A program made the position numbers and the translations under genes. A DNA stretch of 18,020 nucleotides from Bdellovibrionia bacterium (GTDB lineage Bacteria > Bdellovibrionota > UBA1018): the NCBI GenBank assembly GCA_049424145.1, contig JBMSSC010000048.1:1-18020 (forward strand), given 5' to 3'. Position 1 is the stretch's first letter. The number at the start of each line of letters is the position of its first letter. Below the pieces are notes generated by a model, which saw only the letters and a list, made by a program, of their open reading frames with translations, made no database searches and was not told the DNA's origin. Of the stretch, positions 16,328-18,020 are shown piece after piece.

Positions 16328-17788
16328 ATGAATGCCCCTTCACCGTCTAATCCATTGAGAAGTTCTCCCGCAGGAGAGCTTCAAACCTCAAATGAAAAAC
16401 ACCACATCCTGCTGGTAGAGGATGATGATTTCTTTCGTTCCGCACTGAGTCAAACCTTAGCGGATGCAGGATTTCACATCACCTCGGTGCCTCATGCCAA
16501 ACATGCGCAAGAGGTCTTGGGGGACCAGCCCGTTCACCTCGTCTTATCCGACATTAACTTGCCTGGGATCAATGGCTTTGAGCTTTTGAAGAACCATCAG
16601 AGCGTCAAACCCAACATCCCCTTCATCTTGATGAGTGGGTTTTCCGAGTTAACCGACTCTGAGGAGGCCAACCAACTGGGTGCCAAGGCGGTTTTATCCA
16701 AGCCCTTTAGAAAAGAGGACCTCCTTCAAACCATCGATCAAGCCCTGTTTCCGCTGACGTCTCATGATACGCCCAACTTAGACTTTCAATTCAGTAAAGT
16801 GAAACTGCAGGAGTTTGTCTCCGGTCAGAACAGTCGCTTCCCGCTCTTCATTCGATTATCGGAGAGCAAATACATTAAAATTGCACACGCCGGGGACACC
16901 CTCCCCCCTGAGCGCCTGAAGGCTTATGCGGCCAAAGGAGTTCAGTACCTGTATCTAAAAAAGGAAGATTTTAAAAAGTACATGGAGATGAATCTTTCCC
17001 TCCTCCCCTTGGTGAGTGCCCAAAAGCAGTTTCCCAAGGAAAAAAAGATCGCCTTTCTTAAGCATTCAAGCGAAGTCATCTTAGAGCACCTCTATTTTAA
17101 CGAAGTGAAGCCTCAAAGCTTTAAAGACGCTCAAGCCCTGGTGGAGGGCACCTTAAATCTCCTTCAGGGGCCCAATTCAGAGTCCAACCCACTCTCCGAT
17201 GAGGCGTTCAACCTGCTTCCCCTCTTAAACGCGCACAGCGATCACCTCTACACGCACGCCTTAGGCGTGAGTCTCTACAGCGTGATGATTGCGCGGGAAC
17301 TCACCTGGAAATCCGAACAAACCCTCACCAAGCTTGCCCTAGGCGGACTCCTGCACGACATTGGAAAAAAAGAGCTCCCCCCGCAGCTTCTCAAAAAAGC
17401 TCGCCGTGAGTTTTCCGCCCAGGAACTGGAACTTTACGAATCTCACCCCCAACGCGGTGTGGAGCTACTCAGTCAAATCCCAAGCGTCCCCAGCGACGTT
17501 ATCCAAATCATTGCTCAGCACCATGAAAACTGCCTAGGCCTGGGATTTCCGCTTCGACTCAAACGGCATCACATTCACCCTCTGGCTCGCATCGTGGCCA
17601 TTGCAAACGAGTTTTGTAATGGGGTTCTCAAAGAACCCCTCCGCCAGCAACTCTCGCCGCAGCAGGCCATCCTTCGCATGCACACGATCCAGCCCGGCCG
17701 ATTTGACCCGGACTTCCTTGCAGCCTTAGCTCAACTCTTTGGACTCACCCTGCCCACTGAAACGAGCTCTTCGCGAGAGCGGGCTTGA
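16328..17788 (+). CDS. Response regulator with N-terminal REC and C-terminal HD-GYP-type domain (variant motifs)
   Basis: REC: LLVEDDD, VLSDINLP, LMSG, LSKPF. HD domain: YTHALGV, LLHDIGK, HPQRG, QHHE, GLGFP, ARIVAIANEF. SD AGAGGTG. Confidence 0.92.
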   Translation: MNAPSPSNPLRSSPAGELQTSNEKHHILLVEDDDFFRSALSQTLADAGFHITSVPHAKHAQEVLGDQPVHLVLSDINLPGINGFELLKNHQSVKPNIPFILMSGFSELTDSEEANQLGAKAVLSKPFRKEDLLQTIDQALFPLTSHDTPNLDFQFSKVKLQEFVSGQNSRFPLFIRLSESKYIKIAHAGDTLPPERLKAYAAKGVQYLYLKKEDFKKYMEMNLSLLPLVSAQKQFPKEKKIAFLKHSSEVILEHLYFNEVKPQSFKDAQALVEGTLNLLQGPNSESNPLSDEAFNLLPLLNAHSDHLYTHALGVSLYSVMIARELTWKSEQTLTKLALGGLLHDIGKKELPPQLLKKARREFSAQELELYESHPQRGVELLSQIPSVPSDVIQIIAQHHENCLGLGFPLRLKRHHIHPLARIVAIANEFCNGVLKEPLRQQLSPQQAILRMHTIQPGRFDPDFLAALAQLFGLTLPTETSSSRERA

Positions 17789-17823
17789 AAAAGGAGCCCC
17801 CCCCAAATGAAGCCAAAAACAGC

Positions 17824-18020
17824 TCAAAGGCCTAAAACCCAGGTGATAACCTCTCCCCGCCCTGCCTCTACACCCCCGTTTCCCCCGGCGCCGCTTGGAG
17901 AAATGAGCCTCTCACCGGTGACCTTGGGATCGACGGCACGCAAGCCATCGTTGCCGCCCAATTCGACAATCACCGCCTCAGGCTTCTCCGCCAGCGACCA
18001 GTCAAGACGGGAGCGCCCGC
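17824..18020 (-). pseudogene. tesA: Truncated TesA/arylesterase (SGNH hydrolase) fragment entering from the right edge
   Basis: Minus frame from 18018: GRSRLDWSLAEKPEAVIVELGGNDGLRAVDPKVT (SGNH block III GxND), then non-homologous GERLISPSGAGGNGG...VLGL* ending at 17824. No DxxH block V before the convergent HD-GYP gene. Confidence 0.75.

Noticed and set aside
17765..17805. Intrinsic terminator after the HD-GYP gene
   Set aside because: Short stems (GCTCT/AGAGC, GGGCT/AGCCC) without a following U-tract on the plus strand.

Overview
Bacterial chromosomal window of moderate GC. The gene content (mevalonate-type isoprenoid genes, REC-HD-GYP, S41 protease, RmuC) suggests a Bdellovibrionota/Oligoflexia-like organism, which is inference only. 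Minus strand, right to left: a phosphate cluster (DUF47/PhoU-like, pit, a 545-aa uncharacterised 2-TM protein, Na/Pi cotransporter); htpG with its own RpoH-like promoter; a densely structured ~385-bp leader; and an mvaD-fni-crtB isoprenoid/carotenoid operon running off the left edge (crtB is missing from the ORF track). Right half: rmuC, a secreted SMP-30/gluconolactonase, a secreted PDZ-S41 protease homologue, a three-gene operon (single REC, 77-aa H-box-only protein, REC-HD-GYP), and a truncated GC-rich tesA-like fragment at the right edge. Best leads: (1) a kinase-less REC -> stand-alone DHp -> REC-HD-GYP putative phosphorelay; (2) a multi-hairpin leader with anti-Shine-Dalgarno switching potential ahead of the mevalonate/carotenoid operon; (3) an S41 protease with Cys at the catalytic Ser position; (4) an unknown membrane protein translationally coupled to a Na/Pi transporter in a two-transporter phosphate operon. 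No rRNA, tRNA, CRISPR array or intact mobile element was seen.
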